Shown: positions 36,590-50,874 of the stretch, piece by piece
How the letters are laid out: each line of letters opens with the position of its first letter
Numbering within the stretch: the stretch's first letter is position 1
Source: Camelus ferus
Lineage: Eukaryota
Direction: 5' to 3'
Assembly (NCBI RefSeq): GCF_009834535.1
Contig: NC_045697.1
Span: 86,554,001-86,618,000, forward strand
Length of the DNA: 64,000 nucleotides
Translations under genes and position numbers: made by a program
Notes under the pieces: generated by a model
Database searches by the model: none
Seen by the model: only the letters and a program-made list of their open reading frames with translations
What the model was told of the DNA's origin: nothing

Positions 36590-38050
36590 GTTTAAAAATA
36601 AGATTTACTGTCTTAACCATTTTAAGTGTACAATCCAATAGTACTGATAGTAATAGTACAATAGTGTTAAGTACATTCACTTTGTTGTGCATCCAATATC
36701 CAGAATTCATCTTACAAAGCTGAAATTCTATACCCATTAAACAATTATTCCTTATTCACCCCTTCATCAAGCCCATGGCAATTACCATTCTACTTTCTGT
36801 CTGTATGAATTTGACCATTCTGGTTACCTCATATAAGTAAAATCATGCAGTATGTGTCTTTTTGTGACTGACTTATTTCACTTAGCATAATGTCCTCAAA
36901 ATTTCTCCATGTTGTGGCCTGTGTCAGAATTTCCTTCCTTTTTAAGGCTGAATAATAATTCTGTTGTATGCATAAACCACATTTTGTTTATCCATTCTTC
37001 TGTTGATGGACTTTTGGATTGCTTCAACTTTGGCTGTTGTCAATAATGCTGCTATGAGCGTGGGTGTACAACTATCTCTTTATATCTTGCTTTCAGTTTT
37101 TTGGGTTTTATACCCAGTAGTAGAATTGCTGCATCATATGGTAATTTTATGTTTAATTTTTTTGAAGAACTACCATATTGTGTTCCATAATGGCTGCACC
37201 ATTTTACATTCTACCCACAGTGCACAACGATTCTAACTTTTTCCACATCGTTGTCAAAACTTCCTGTTTTCCTTTTATTTTTATTTATTTATTTATTTGT
37301 TGATAGTAGCCATCCTAATGGGTGAGGTATGGTATCTCATTGTGACTTTGATTTGCTTTCCCTAATTACTGGTGATGTTGAGCTTTTTTTTTTTTTCTTT
37401 TTTTCTTTTTTTCCCCAGGTGCTTATTGACCATTTGTATCTTCTTTGGAGAAATGTCATACTCAAGTCCAATTCTCATGAATTGGGTTGTTTCATTTTCT
37501 TTTGGGTTTTAGGCATCCGCTATATATTCCAAATAACACTTCCTCATCAGATAATATGATTTGCAAATATTTTCTCCTTTTATGAAGTTTTTAATTTTGA
37601 ATAAGTCCAATTTTTCCATTTTTTCCTCTGTTTTCTGTGCCTTTGGTTTCATATGTAAGAAATCATTGCCAAATCCAGTGTTATGAAGCTTTTCACCCCT
37701 GTTTTCTTCTAAGGGTTCTATAGTTTAGCTCTTTTACTTGGGTTTTTGATCCATATCAAGTTAATTTTTATATATATATATTTTTAGCTAAGGGTCCAAC
37801 TTCATTCTTTTGCATATGGATATCCAGTTTTTCCAGCATCATTTATAGAAAAGACTGTTGTTTCCCCCATTGAATGGTGTTGGCACTCTTCTTTAGAATC
37901 ATTTGACAACATATGTAAGGATTTATTTCTGGGTCTCTAGTCTGTTTCATTGGTCTGTGTGTCTGTCTTTATGCCAGTACCACACTGTTTTGATTACTGT
38001 CACTTTTGTATTAAGTTTTGAAGTGAGGAAGTGTGAGTCCTCCAACTTTT
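36590..38050 (-). mobile_element. 5'-truncated L1 (L1MB-like) 3'UTR and ORF2 end
   Basis: Motifs cttaaccattttaagtgtaca, tttttgtgactgacttatttcacttagcataatgtcctc and catatggatatccagtttttccagcatcattt. Confidence 0.85.
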
Positions 38051-39042
38051 GCCTATTTGTGTATGGTGTTTCAAAATGCAAACCAACTTATGCAGTCACA
38101 TTTTCTTATTTATTGAAAGTATTGTGCTTGATAAATAGGATTTAGTATTTTTAGTTTTAGTATCTTTAGTTTTAATTCCACTTGATCCTTACTCACTGAG
38201 TAAATGGGGAAAAAATCCATCTTTCTCAGTTTTTAAAGTTCTGTTATCTAAAGTCCAAAGTGTATGTACCTAACTATAGTCAACATTTGCTTAACTAATG
38301 TGAACCCCAAGATGACATTGTCAATCTTTCTTTGCTGATTTCTGTGTATTCAGCTAGCTTCCCGTTTTACTCAAAATGAAGTCCAGAGTAGCAGTTCTAT
38401 TTGTTTTGTCTTTTTGAATGATTCTTGAGAGATACTGACTACGTTAGTTGAACCTTTTCTCTTGGAGCCTACTCATTTAAGCTTTTCTCATCGTTTTTTG
38501 TCCCTTGGTTTAGTGTCATGTTTCTTTCTTGTTTTTCCTGGATTCCCTAACTTAGGAACCAAATTGGAAAGCCATTGCTTCTCTGATTGAGACTGAAAGC
38601 TTGGAGAACTTTGAAGTATTCCCTTAGAAAATACTCTGGTAAAATAGGATTAAAATGATAATTTTTACTTATTAAATTTTTGATAGAATATTAAATTTAA
38701 ATGTTTACCTGCTGTTACTGTAAATATGAAATTGTTCATAAGCATTCAAAACAGAGTTTGAGTTAAGTGATTTTCAGAATGTTGCATCTATTACAAAGCA
38801 AGTTATATAGTAGCATAAGACTAGGGAGCCCAGAAATGTATTTGGTGTTTGTATAATTGATTTCAATATAGGAAAGACATTTAGCAAGGCTGAGCAAATA
38901 AATAATTGATGGCCTAGAGTTGGCAGAAGTATACAGTAAAAAATGATCATTCTTGGATTGCTATTTTATACAGAATAGTATGATAACTGCTCTTTGGAAC
39001 ATTGAGGTTTCATTTTTCCTTACACTTTTGTTTTATTTACAG

Positions 39043-39111
39043 GTCCTCCTCCTATTCCTGCCGAACCTCTTGCCCCACCTGAGCCAGTATATGTTTCAAA
39101 AGTACATTATG
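39043..39111 (+). CDS. ADAD1: ADAD1 coding exon 4 (Pro-rich linker GPPPIPAEPLAPPEPVYVSKVHY), 69 bp
   Basis: Long polypyrimidine tract with AG 39041-39042, donor GTagga at 39112; frame-preserving. Confidence 0.9.
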
Positions 39112-39499
39112 GTAGGAAAGACCTTTATAATTTTTAAAGAAGATTAACTGAATTAAAAATTATAACAACATGTAATTAAAATATGCATAAGTCTGAAAAT
39201 ATACATTAGTTTCTATTTTTACTCGAACCTGTCACACTTCTACAAAGAGGAGTATTTCCTTCCATACTCTGCTAAAAATTAAAGAAATAATAAAATTGGA
39301 AAGGAATGATTATGAAGAAATGGCTTTTTTCTTATAAAGAAATGGTTCATCATATCATGTAACTGCTTTTTTGAGAATTCTTTGCTTTAGTGGGATTGTC
39401 ATTAATGAAAGCCAGTGGCTTTCTGGTGCTTGATGGTTGGGGTATTCATTTCAATTAATCTGTTCACTTTCTTTTAATGTTAGTTGGCACTCAAGCCCA

Positions 39500-39705
39500 A
39501 GAAAACTGTAACTGCAGTTGAAGTTACTAGTTGTGTGACCTAGGACCAGTTACTTCTCTATACACCTTAATTTCTCTGTCTGTAAAATGGCTACAACAAT
39601 AATTACCTTATAGGATAGTTGTAAGGATTTAATTATTTATACATGTAAAATACTTAGATTGATGCCTGGCACACAGTAGGGTGCTCACTAAACAGTAAGT
39701 ACTAT
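39500..39705 (+). mobile_element. MIR SINE
   Basis: ttactagttgtgtgacctaggaccagttactt...ctgtaaaatgg...tgcctggcacacagtagggtgctc. Confidence 0.8.
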
Positions 39706-39838
39706 TTTTTTTAACATTTGTTTATTGAGTTATAGTCATTTTACAATGTTGTGTCAAATTCCAGTGTAGAGCACAATTTTTCAGTTATACATGAACATAC
39801 ATATATTCAATGTCACATTTTTTTCCGCTGTGAGCTAC
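39706..39838 (-). mobile_element. Young 133-bp 5'-truncated L1 3' end with a perfect 16-bp TSD
   Basis: AAACAGTAAGTACTAT at 39690-39705 and 39839-39854; T-rich tail followed by tttattgagttatagtcattttacaatgttgtgtc. Confidence 0.9.
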
Positions 39839-42800
39839 AAACAGTAAGTACTATAATTTTTTATAATATTTTATTTTATTCAACATTATTTGGTAATTAT
39901 TGTATGCTTTTCCCGTTAGATTGTGAATCCCCTGAAAAGCAAGAAATTATCCTTAATTTGTATACTCCCCACATGGTAGTAACACTTCAGACTTCAAAGT
40001 TTAGAGTATTTATATAACTAAAATGAAAAAGAGTGTTTCTTTGTCTTTTTCAGGTCTGAGGATTAGAATTTGAAAACACTTTTATACCTATTCCAGCTTG
40101 GTTTTCCATTGTCTTTCTGAGACACAGAAAGGCTGTGTACGTTTGTGTGCTTGTTTGGATTAAAAGGACCAGACCAGGGAAAATAGGCACATTCAAAAGG
40201 CAAAATCTCCAAATAGTTAAATATAGTCACTTGATCTAACAGTCACAGGAATTGAGGAACGGAAGGGCAGTGAATAATCAGTCTAATAGCAGTGGATATG
40301 GGAAGGGGCTCTAGTCTTTCTTTTCAACCTCTGTGGACGTTTTTAATAAATAGTGGGATCGAATCCCATGTCAGTGATTGGCAGGTAATTTAGATTACTG
40401 TTACCCTGAGAAAACATCAATCTGTGAGGAAGAAAGAATATGTGGTTCACAATATGTTTAAAGAAGTACTATGTTTAAAAAGTCAGGTTTGGTAGGCTCA
40501 GGTAAGGAGTTAAAAAGTTAAAAACTGACAGTTTTCTGTTAGTCAGAAAAGGGAGAGCAAGAATTCTTCAGGCTATGGGTAAACACAGGAGTTGGATGTT
40601 ACCGATTTGAAGACAGAAAGATTTAAGACTCAAGAAAATCTCCTGAACAGCTCCTTTGGGGCCAGTTATGGAGGGTATCACTATTTCACAGCCTGTCTAC
40701 TTTGCCTTATTTTTACTGGACTGTGTCTTCACTTAATATAGCGATGTTTTGGCTCTGAAGATAGGTTCAGGTTACTCCTGATACTAAAGATCACTTGAAA
40801 TTAGCAACTTGAAATCAAAGAGATGGTGTTAATTAGCATTATATATGTGGTATTTTCTATCTCATTCTTCACTTCCAGTTATTTGTGAGAACATTTTATT
40901 TCCTCAGCAGCCAGCACGTATATATAGGAAAAATGGTATTGCACTTGTTATTCCTTCACATGCGTTCTAATAAGAGATAGATATAATAACTAAAATTTGA
41001 TTATATTCACAATATTCATTACTTCCTTCAACACCAAATTTTAGGTCAAAAGATACATCATGATGGATGCTGTTAACTTTCAGATGTTTTTTATGATATT
41101 CAAGTACAACCTTTTTAATATACAGCAAAACATTTTCTTGTCACACACGTAATCTTATTCTGTCAGTACTAATTGCAGTGTATTTTTCTGTTCTGTGTCA
41201 TTACACAAAATAATTGCTGACTCTGCTATCTATATAGAACATGATTAAATAAATTATAGTTCATTCATTCTGTTGAGCCATGAAGAAGAAGGAGGTAACA
41301 CTAATAACTACCCTTGAATGATGCCCAAGACCAAGTAAATACAAAAAGTGGGTTTTAGCAAGCCCCAGTTTTTATTTTTTAAAGTGATATATATTATTTA
41401 TTTGTTTATGTTGTTGTTTATCAGAATATCCAGATTGGTAATAGTGGTTGCATTTGGAGAGGGAAACTTCAGAATACATATCTCTTGTATTGCTGTTTCA
41501 ATGAAAAAAAGTTTAATTTTAAAATATCAGTAAACAAATTGCTTCTCCTGTATTGTAAGTTTTGGTAATAAGCAGAGCCAAGTTTTTGATTACTTCTTAT
41601 TCATATTTTTACTACATGAACACAAAAAACTAATTTTTATACCACATGTTTATGGTTTTACCAATTTAAGTGAAACACATGCCAGCATGCAATTATAGTA
41701 ATAATTTACACCTTCACATTGTATGCTTTGTGATTAGATAAAAGGATATAGCCAGTAGTTCTTTCTTCTTTCCCTCAGTTTCATTTTGTATTTATGTTTG
41801 TGATGTTCTTTCACTCTTTTTGATACTGTGACTTTACCTGTTTTTGCCAAGAAGAGAGCATTAATGATATTAACAAAGAAACATTCCAGTTTGACAAATA
41901 ATAAACAAAAATATGTAGATGGCCTATGAAATGAATTATATTAGCTGAGACTACTAATGTTAAATTTTTGTCATTTGTGTGCCTCTTTAATGTAATTATT
42001 AAGCAGATACAAAGGATTTCTGTGAAAACTATAGTTAATTATACACTTCATATGTATATGCAATGCATGAGAGCAAAGCTGTTTCATTACTTTTTTCCTC
42101 TGAAGATAAGATGGACTGAGAACAGTTTGATAGACTACTTAGCAACCATCATGCAACATCAGGAACTATCAGTGGTTTAGTAAACAGCTCAACTTTGAGA
42201 AATACTATATTAAGTGATTCTGTAACTTCTCATTCTCTAGAGTAATGGTTCTTCCTTAGGAATACGCAGGCATACACACACAAAGCAACAGATGGCCAAG
42301 ACACTCTCTCAGAACCTCAAGATCTGTCATACTAAAAAAAAAAAAATCCATGAGTAACTTTTGAGGTATATTTTTTTGGTTATAACTTCTATGGTAATCC
42401 TAATTACTTAAAACTATATCCTGTCAAAATTTGGAATGTTTTTTAGTGGGAACATGGAACTATATCAAGAGTGTAAGTGCTTAGTTCTTTTCAGCAGTTC
42501 TCAGTGGGGCAAATACTAAGTACTTTGCAGTGGTTCTCAGTGGGGCACATACTAAGGAGTATATTTTGATTGTCAAAATAATTAGAAAAGACTGCTGGCA
42601 TTCATTGAGATGTTGCTTGTCCAGCAGTGTGAGACAGTTTTATATAACAGAGAATTGTCTTGTGTCGTGTATGACTTTTTAATATTTCATCAAATATAAA
42701 TTAGTAATCTCCTAATATGTAATACTTAACACGTCTTTTTACAAGAAGCTATCCAAAAAGCTCAGTAAGAGTGGAACACTTTAAAATCTCAGTCAAGACA

Positions 42801-42929
42801 TGAATTATAAATTTTCTTACATATCTCTATAAATTATTAACCCATTCAGTCAAAACGTAAAAGAAATAATAGTGGGCCTCTGGGATAAAGCACAGTGTTC
42901 TTCAAATTCATTTGATTTTTTTTTTCTAG

Positions 42930-43055
42930 AAGGGAGACATATTCAGTTTGCAAAGATTTCACAGATTGTTAAAGAAACATTTAATCAACTAATTTCTAAT
43001 CATTCAGAATATCTGAAATGTAGCAACTCATTAGCTGCTTTTATAATTGAAAGAG
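42930..43055 (+). CDS. ADAD1: ADAD1 coding exon 5 ([21 protein letters not shown]...LAAFIIER), 126 bp
   Basis: Acceptor poly-T ctAG 42928-42929, donor GTaagt at 43056. Confidence 0.95.
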
Positions 43056-43649
43056 GTAAGTGAGTATTTGGGATGTGTTTGTAAGAAAACTATTAAATAA
43101 TTTAATGATCTGAACTATACTATAGTAATATTTTTATTAACTATCTTTGCTCCTGTTGAAAATGGTCCTGCATTGATTTTAAGTGGCCTTTTCTAGTAGG
43201 TGTGGGTCATTAAACACAAAGATTATCAAAGGTAGGAATTAAGTATTCTAATCAGGAACCAATAGAGAACTGCAGAATAATAAAATGCATAACATTTTAA
43301 ACAATAACTATGTTGGAATCACTACCAACCTGAAGCTATTGAGAAGACCTCTATAAAAAGTAACTTTTTTTTCATTTTCAAGTAAGAAAATATTAAAATA
43401 TGAAAAGTCATAAATCTCTGGTTTTCCTTGAATATTATGATGTGATTCCAGTTACATTTTATCTTCTGTTTATCCTAATAGATAAATAGATCTAATGATC
43501 AAGAAATCATAATGCATTTTTATATGCATTTCTGATATAGATGATATACAGATAATTTGATACTTGATTCCTATTCTTAAGGATTTTTTGTGACCTAGGT
43601 GGGAAGAGAAGATATCTATGATTGTTCAAGAGTCAGCCTTAGCTTGAGA

Positions 43650-46600
43650 TCATGGAGTATATGATACCTGCCTCTGTGCTTTTTTGTTCTTTCTCAAGAT
43701 CGCTTTGGCTATTTGGGGTTTTGTGTGTGTGTGTTTGTATACAAACTGTATGTTTATTTGTTCCAGTTCTGTGAAAAATGCTGTTGATATTTTGGTAGGG
43801 ATTGTATTGACTCTGTAGATTGCCTTGGGTAGTATGGTCATTTTAAGACTATTCTTCCAATCCATGAGCATGGAATATATCTTTCCATCTATTTATTTGT
43901 TGTCATCTTCAATTCTTTCATCAATGTCTTATAGTTATCTAAGTATAAGTATTTTACCTTCTTGGTTAGATTTATTCCTGTGTATTTTTTTCTTTCTAAT
44001 GCAATTTTAAATGGGATTGCTTTTTAAACTTGTTTTTCTGATAGTTCATTATTAGTGTATAGAAGTGCAACAGATTTCTGGATATTCTGCATCATGCAAA
44101 CTTCACTGAGTTCATTTATTAGTTGTAATAGTTTTTTAATGGAATCTAGGGATTTCTGTATATAGCATGTCATCTACAAACAGTGGCAGTTTTACTTCTT
44201 CCTATCCAGTTTGTATTCCTTTTATTTCTTTTTCTTGTCTGATTGCGTGGCTAGGACTTCCAATACTGTGTTGAATAAAAGTGGTGATGGTGGGTATCCT
44301 TGTCATGTTCCTGGTATAAAAGGAAATGTTTTCAGCTCTTCAATGTTGAGTATGATGTTGTCTGTGGATTTCTCATATATGGCCTTTATTATCTTGAGGT
44401 ATGTTCCTTCTATAGCCAGTTAAGAGTTTTTTTTTCATCATAAATGGATGTTGAATTTTGCCAAAAGCTTTTTCTGCATCTAATATGATGATCGTATGAT
44501 TTTTAGTTTTCAATTTGGTAATGTGGTGTACCACATTGATTTGTGGATATTAAACCATCCTAGCATCCCTGGGATAAATCCCACTTGATCATGGTATATG
44601 ATCCTTCTTTTCGTGTATTGTTGAATTTGGTTTGCTAATATTTTTATTGAAGATTTTTTTTTGCATCTATGTTCTTCAGTGAGATTGGTCTGTAATTTTC
44701 TTTTTCTGTGGTGTCTTTGTCTGGTTTTGGTATCAGGGTAATTCTGGCCTTGTAGAATAAGTTTGGAAGTGATCCCTCCTTTTCAGTTTTTTGAAATAGT
44801 TTGAGGAGAATAGATATTGACTCTTCTCTAAATGTTTGATAGAATTCACCTGTGAAGCCATCTGGTCCTGGAGTTTTGTTTGTTGAGAGTTTTTAAATTA
44901 CTTACTCAATTTCTGTTCATATTTTCTATTTCTTCCAGGTTAGTCTTGAGAGATTGTACCTTTGTAGGAATTTATCTAATTCTTATTGGCTGTACATTTC
45001 ATTGGCATATAATTGTTCTTAGTAATCTCTTATGATCCTTTGTATTTCTGTGGTATCAGTTCGTCTCCTTTTTCATTTCTGCTTTTATTTATATGGGCCC
45101 TGTCTCTTTTTCATGATGTATCTGGCTAAAGGTTTATCAATTTTGTTTATCTTTTCAAAGAACCAACCCTTAGTTTCATTGATCTTTTCTGGCTTTTTTG
45201 TTGTTGTCTCTATTTCATTTATTTCTGCTCTGATCTTTACTAGTTTCTTTTCTTCTAACTTTAGGTTGTGTTTATTCTTATTTTTCTAGTTCCTTTAGGT
45301 GTAAGATTAAATGATTTATTTGAGATTTTTCTTGTTTAATGAACTAGACTTGTATTGCTTTAATTTCCTTCTTACATCTGCTTTTGCTTTGTCCCAGAGA
45401 TTTTGGTTCATTGTGCTTGCATTTTTATTTGTGTCCAGATTTTTTTTTAATTTCCTCTTTGGTTTCTGCAATGATCCATTGATTATTTAGTAGCATGTTG
45501 TTTAGACTTCATATGTTTATGGTTTTTGCTTTTTTTCTCTTGTAATTGATTTCCACTTTCATAGCATTATGGTCAGAAAAGATGTTTTATATGAATTCAG
45601 TCTTGTAAATTTATTGAAACTGATTTTGTGGCAGAGCATATGATCTGTCCTGGAGAATGTTCCACATGCACTTGAAAAGAATGTGTATTCTACTATTTTG
45701 GATGAAATGTTCCATATGTCTGTTAATTCCATCTGGTCTGGTGTGTCATCTGAGACCAGTGTTTCCTAATTTTATGTCTGCATAGTCTGACCATTGATAT
45801 TAGTGCGCTGTTTAAGTCTCCTACTGTTACCGTATTATTGTCAGTTTTTCCCTTTATGTTTAGTAATATTTGCTTTATGTATCTAGGTGCTCCTATACTA
45901 GGTGCTTTACATTCATAATTGTTATATATTCTTTCCGGATTGATCCCTTTATCATCACATAGAGTCCTTTTTTGTCTCTTGTTATTGTCTTTTTCTTAAA
46001 GTCTATTTTGTCTGATAATAAGTGTTGCTACCCCATCTTTATTGATAGTATTCTTGGTTGTAGGTTTTTTTCTTTCACTACTTTGAATATATTGTGCCAC
46101 TCCCTTCTGGCCTGCAAAGTTTCTGCTGAAAAGTCAGCTGAAAGTCTTATAGGAGTTCCCTTGTATGTAACTAGTTGCTTTTCTCTTTTTGCTGTTTACT
46201 TCCTTCATCTTTAACATTGTATTTTTAATTTTAACATGTTGATTTGGGCCTCTTTGTGTTCATCGTATTGGTTTCCTATGAGCTTCCTGGACCTGGATTT
46301 CTGTTTTCTTCCCCAGGTTGGGAAATTTTTCAGCTATTATTTCTTCAGATAAGTTCTCTGCCCCTTTATCTCTTCTCCTGGGATCCCTATAATGTAAATC
46401 TTAGTATGTTTGATGTTTCAGAGATGTCTTAAACTATCCTCACTTTTTTTAATTCTTTTTTTTTCTCTTTAGCTTGGGTGATTTCTGCTACTTTGTCTTC
46501 CAGATTGCTGATTCATTCTTTTGTACTAACTAATCTACTGTTGATTTTTTTCTAGTGTATTTTTTTTTTCAGTTATTGTATTCCTTAGCTCTGTTTGGTG

Positions 46601-47090
46601 GTTCTTTATATTTTCTGCCTCTGCTGAAATTCATACTGTGTTCATCCATTCATCTCTTATTTTTGGTGAGCATCTTTATGATCATTATTTTAAACTCTTT
46701 ATCAGGTAGATTTATTATCTCTACTTCATTTAGTTCTTTTTTTGAGGTTATGTCTTGTTCCATCGTTTGGAATGTAATTCTCTATATCCTCATACTGTCC
46801 AATTCTCTGTGTTTATTTCTATGTGGTAGATAGTTCAGTTACATTCCCCTCTCTTGCAGAAGTAGCCTTAGTAGGAGACATCCTAGGGGACCCAGAAACA
46901 CATTCTTCTCTGGTCATCAGGGCTATATGCTTTAGGGGTAACCTCCATATTTAGTATCTGTGTGCCCTTCTGTTGTGGTCTGGCTGACTACTCTGGGCAT
47001 GCTAGTAGGCAGGGCTGGCTCTCAGCCCAGTTGGCTGTAAGGCCATGCCCCATGTAGTGGCTGTGGGCCCAGTGGAGGACAGGGTAGGAT
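43650..47090 (-). mobile_element. L1 remnant: ORF2 (43650-~46040) joined by an internal deletion to ORF1/5'UTR (~46040-47090); 3' end missing
   Basis: The minus-strand peptide MTILPKAIYRVNTIP.KI...FFTELEQ is L1 ORF2. The segment tgccactcccttctggcctgcaaagtttctgctgaaaagtcagctg is ORF1 in reverse. Confidence 0.85.
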
Positions 47091-47379
47091 TCCCTGCCAT
47101 TTCTTCTTACATCTGATGAATGTTTTTTTCTTTTGGTTATCCTTTTTCTTGCACTATCAAATTCTTGTATCTGCCTGAAATGTTGCAGTTTGAGTTACAA
47201 AGAAAGAAGCTGGGCCCTTGGCTACACTATTGCCTGTTATAACTCAGAACTTAATCACCATTCCAGAACTTATACTGACACTATATAATTTCATTTTACC
47301 ACCCCATCCCCCAAACCCCATATTGGAACAGCTACATTAGAGGTAATAGAACTTTTTTAATTTTTCATGTCTAATCCTA

Positions 47380-48150
47380 ATCCTCCAGTTTTCTTTATCT
47401 CAGTAAATGGCATCCACTCAGTTGCTAAAAATCTTAAGTCATCCATTATTTAACCCTTTCCCTCACATCTTACAGTTCATCTTCAAGTCCTGTTTATTAT
47501 ATCCCCGAACTCTAACTCAGATATGATCATTTTTTCCCCATTAAATCATCATTTGAGTCTTAAGTCATTGTCTCTTACCTAAACTACTGAAACAAGTCCC
47601 CTAATTCAGCTTCTTGGACCCTACAAAAAGCAATCTCCACTTAGAGTGGTGACCTTTAAATGTAACACAATATGATTTTTGCTTCAATAGCTTCACCATA
47701 GCTCTTGGGTGAAATCCACAAACTCCTTCACGAGGTTTGTAATACCTCTTTCTCTAACCTCATCTTATGCCTTTCCCTTCACTCGCCTTTACTGGAACAG
47801 CTACCCTGGTCTTTCTTTGCCCAAAGTCTGCACAAGCTATTTCTTTTGACTGGAATACCCTTTACCTCATTCCTCATGCTGCTCACTCTTCACTGAAACT
47901 TAAAATTCAGTTTCATAGGAAGGGGTTCTGCAGCTAGTCTATCTGAGGTAATCTTTCCTCCTGTCATTCTTTAAATTAGCCCTGTATTTGTTTTTCTTCA
48001 AAGTTCTTACCACAATTTGTGGTTTGTTTAGTCTTTTTCTTCTCTCCTTTTTAGAAGCTTCACGAGGGCATGTCTTGCTTAATTTATTCCTAGCATCTAC
48101 TTCAGTGCCTGGTGTTTGCTAGGACCTCAACAATTTTTATTGAATGAATG
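47380..48150 (+). mobile_element. L2 fragment
   Basis: tctcagtaaatggcatccactcagttgct...cagtgcctggtg...caacaatttttattgaatgaatg (L2 3' tail). Confidence 0.7.
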
Positions 48151-48895
48151 GAAGTCCTTTCTTAGATAGTTGCAAGTGTGGGAGTGAACTTTGAAAGACT
48201 AAGAATAGACATTTTCTGAAATCATCAACAGGGAGGAAAGCATTGAAGGAGATAGTTGTTCAGAGGAGAATATTTAGAGGAAAAAAGCAATGATGTAGTG
48301 ACAAGGATATAGAAAAGCCACCTAGTTAGGATGTGAAAGGAAAACAGAACTATATCTTCTGAGCATAGAGTTTCAAAGACATCTCTAATGGAGCATAGCA
48401 GAAGGTAAAGGAGCAAAACTACTAGAAAAAGCATAAGGTGCTAGTTTCTTTCAAAGAGCTGTCTCAGTAGAACAGAGAAAGAAACTATAATTTGCTTTGT
48501 AGAAAGTTTGAGTGGATTAAGAAAAAATTAGAGACATTATATATAGATAATTCATTTAAGACCAAAGTAGAATGACAAGTGAGGTCTCAGCCAGCAAAAT
48601 AAATCTAGATGCAGAAGAAACAGATCTATATTTGTAAACTAGTGATGTCTGGTGATTCTACTGATTATAGTAAAAAATGTAGATAAAGTATAATATAAAA
48701 CAAACATCTGCCTTTTAAACAGATGTTATTGAAGTATTTTTAAAATTTTACTTCTTAGAAAACTCTCAATCTCTTACTTGAAATTGTGTAATTATTTTTC
48801 CATCATTTTGGTGAATATGGTAAAGATAGAGGTGGAGATTGAACATAGGGAAGAGAGGTCAAAATAACCTGCTACTATTAACGTTTTCCTTTCAG

Positions 48896-49019
48896 CTGGA
48901 CACCACGAAGTTGTAGCTATAGGCACAGGTGAATATAATTACAGTCAGTGCATTAAACCAAATGGAAGAGTGTTGCACGATACTCATGCTGTTGTTACAG
49001 CAAGGAGATCTCTCCTTAG
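48896..49019 (+). CDS. ADAD1: ADAD1 coding exon 6 ([42 protein letters not shown]), 124 bp
   Basis: Acceptor ttttcctttcAG, donor GTaaag at 49020; ADAR-type deaminase motif I region. Confidence 0.95.
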
Positions 49020-50703
49020 GTAAAGTAACAGATACATTTAATATCATCAAATATTAATGCTCTTATTTGAAAGTAGTCACATAAGTCTTTTTTTACAAGT
49101 GGAATTTTACTAATCATTGAACCAAGGATGTGACAGTCTCTTACTTATCCAAGCCATCTGATTATTTCCATGACATTTTTGGAAACCTTATAGTAATTGC
49201 AATGTCTAGTCTGTGAATTTTAGTGGCTTCTATTATCAAGAGTTTATAAACTCAGTTTTAAGTGTACTACAACCTTTTTTAAAGATAAGAATACTGTCTT
49301 TATTACTGATTAAAGTACTTGGAGAGTATAGCTGTAGATCTGGACCAAGAAATTCACCCTGAATTAGTCATACTTACCTAAAGGCAGAAATCAGTGGGTC
49401 TGTACAAAGTTTACCATATAACAAAGTGTTGATAAAGTATTCTTTAGGCTGACAGATCTCAAAGAGAAAAGCGCTGAGGTAAGCATGCATAGTATATTTT
49501 TACAAACTTATCAGTCATTCCGTTCTTTGTAAGAGGCATTAAGTAGCAGAAGTAGAGAGAGAAACCAGGAATGTTACTCTTTGGAAGTCCCTTCCTATAA
49601 AAACGTGGAAAAGTGGGAAAGAAGTATTACTTTGTACAGTATTTACCAGCTTTTGGTTCTCTTAAGTCATTGAACTTACTTTTTTTAGAATCCTTTTTAA
49701 TTGAATTTTTCAAATAGCCACAAGTGAGAATCAGTTAATTCCAGAATTCAGTTACCAGCATTCTGATACCAATCCAATGATCATATCCAATTATTAGCAT
49801 AGTTATTGGGATTTTGTTTTTGTTTAATCTATGCTTCTTCACTTTTTGTTGATGGTGTTCTCTTTGCTCAAGTATTTAAAAACAAATTTAGACATATTTT
49901 ATCTGAAAAACTTAAGCGTATATCTCTAATAATAAGGAAAGAATTCTGTAATCTTTAAAGGAAAGCTTTTGGGAAGCCCATGAAAGTTATTATGCAGCAT
50001 CTTGTCCTCCCATCCCCCTTGGTGCTTACTGAATTATTTGACCTCTTTAAAGCTACCTCTTTTGTAAGTCTTTTCTTCCCATGCCTGGCACTGTTATATA
50101 TGCTGGTGCTTAATTTTTTATTATGTATTTCTGATGGTAGGATTAAAATCATGATTTTTTGAATAAGTAAAAATAATATTTGTCCTCCGATTTGATTAGT
50201 AGTCTTTCAGGAAATCTGTTTCACTTCTTAATACTGCGGACTTTATTATATTATTCCTATGCTCTTGTGTTTTTGTCAGAACCATTAAGTAGCAGAAACC
50301 ACAGTTACTCTTTGCCTGTTTTGTCAGGGAAAGGAAAATAGAAGTAAAGCAGGAAATTGACACTTTACCTAGGAGGCTGGGAAAGAGCTGAGAAAGAAGG
50401 AAGGAGTCAGTAGAGAAATGCATCTTTTGCAGGAAATGATAGCTGAGGACTTTAATATGAAATGAGGGTGGAGTGGTAGTTTAAGAATGATGCCTTAAGG
50501 TAGGACACAGGGCAGACTGGGCTCTAGTTGAAGACTTCTTAAGGGATTTAATTCTTCATTAAGTAAGGGTGACATCATTTTAGAAGTTCTTATCAATATC
50601 AAAACTTTTGACTTACAAGGACATTACTCATGACATATGAATATAATGTTTAAGATACTTCTAAATTTTCTTACTCAATAAAGTTACATCTCATTTATTT
50701 TAG

Positions 50704-50874
50704 GTACTTTTATAGACAACTTCTACTCTTCTACAGCAAAAATCCTGCTATGATGGAAAAATCAGTATTTTGTACAGAACCAGCTTCTAATCTACTCACT
50801 CTCAAGCAGAATATCAACATTTACCTCTACATGAACCAGTTGCCTAAAGGATCAGCCCAGATTAAGTCACAATT
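50704..50874 (+). CDS. ADAD1: ADAD1 coding exon 7 ([22 protein letters not shown]...[17 protein letters not shown]), 171 bp
   Basis: Acceptor AG 50702-50703, donor GTaagt at 50875. Confidence 0.95.
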
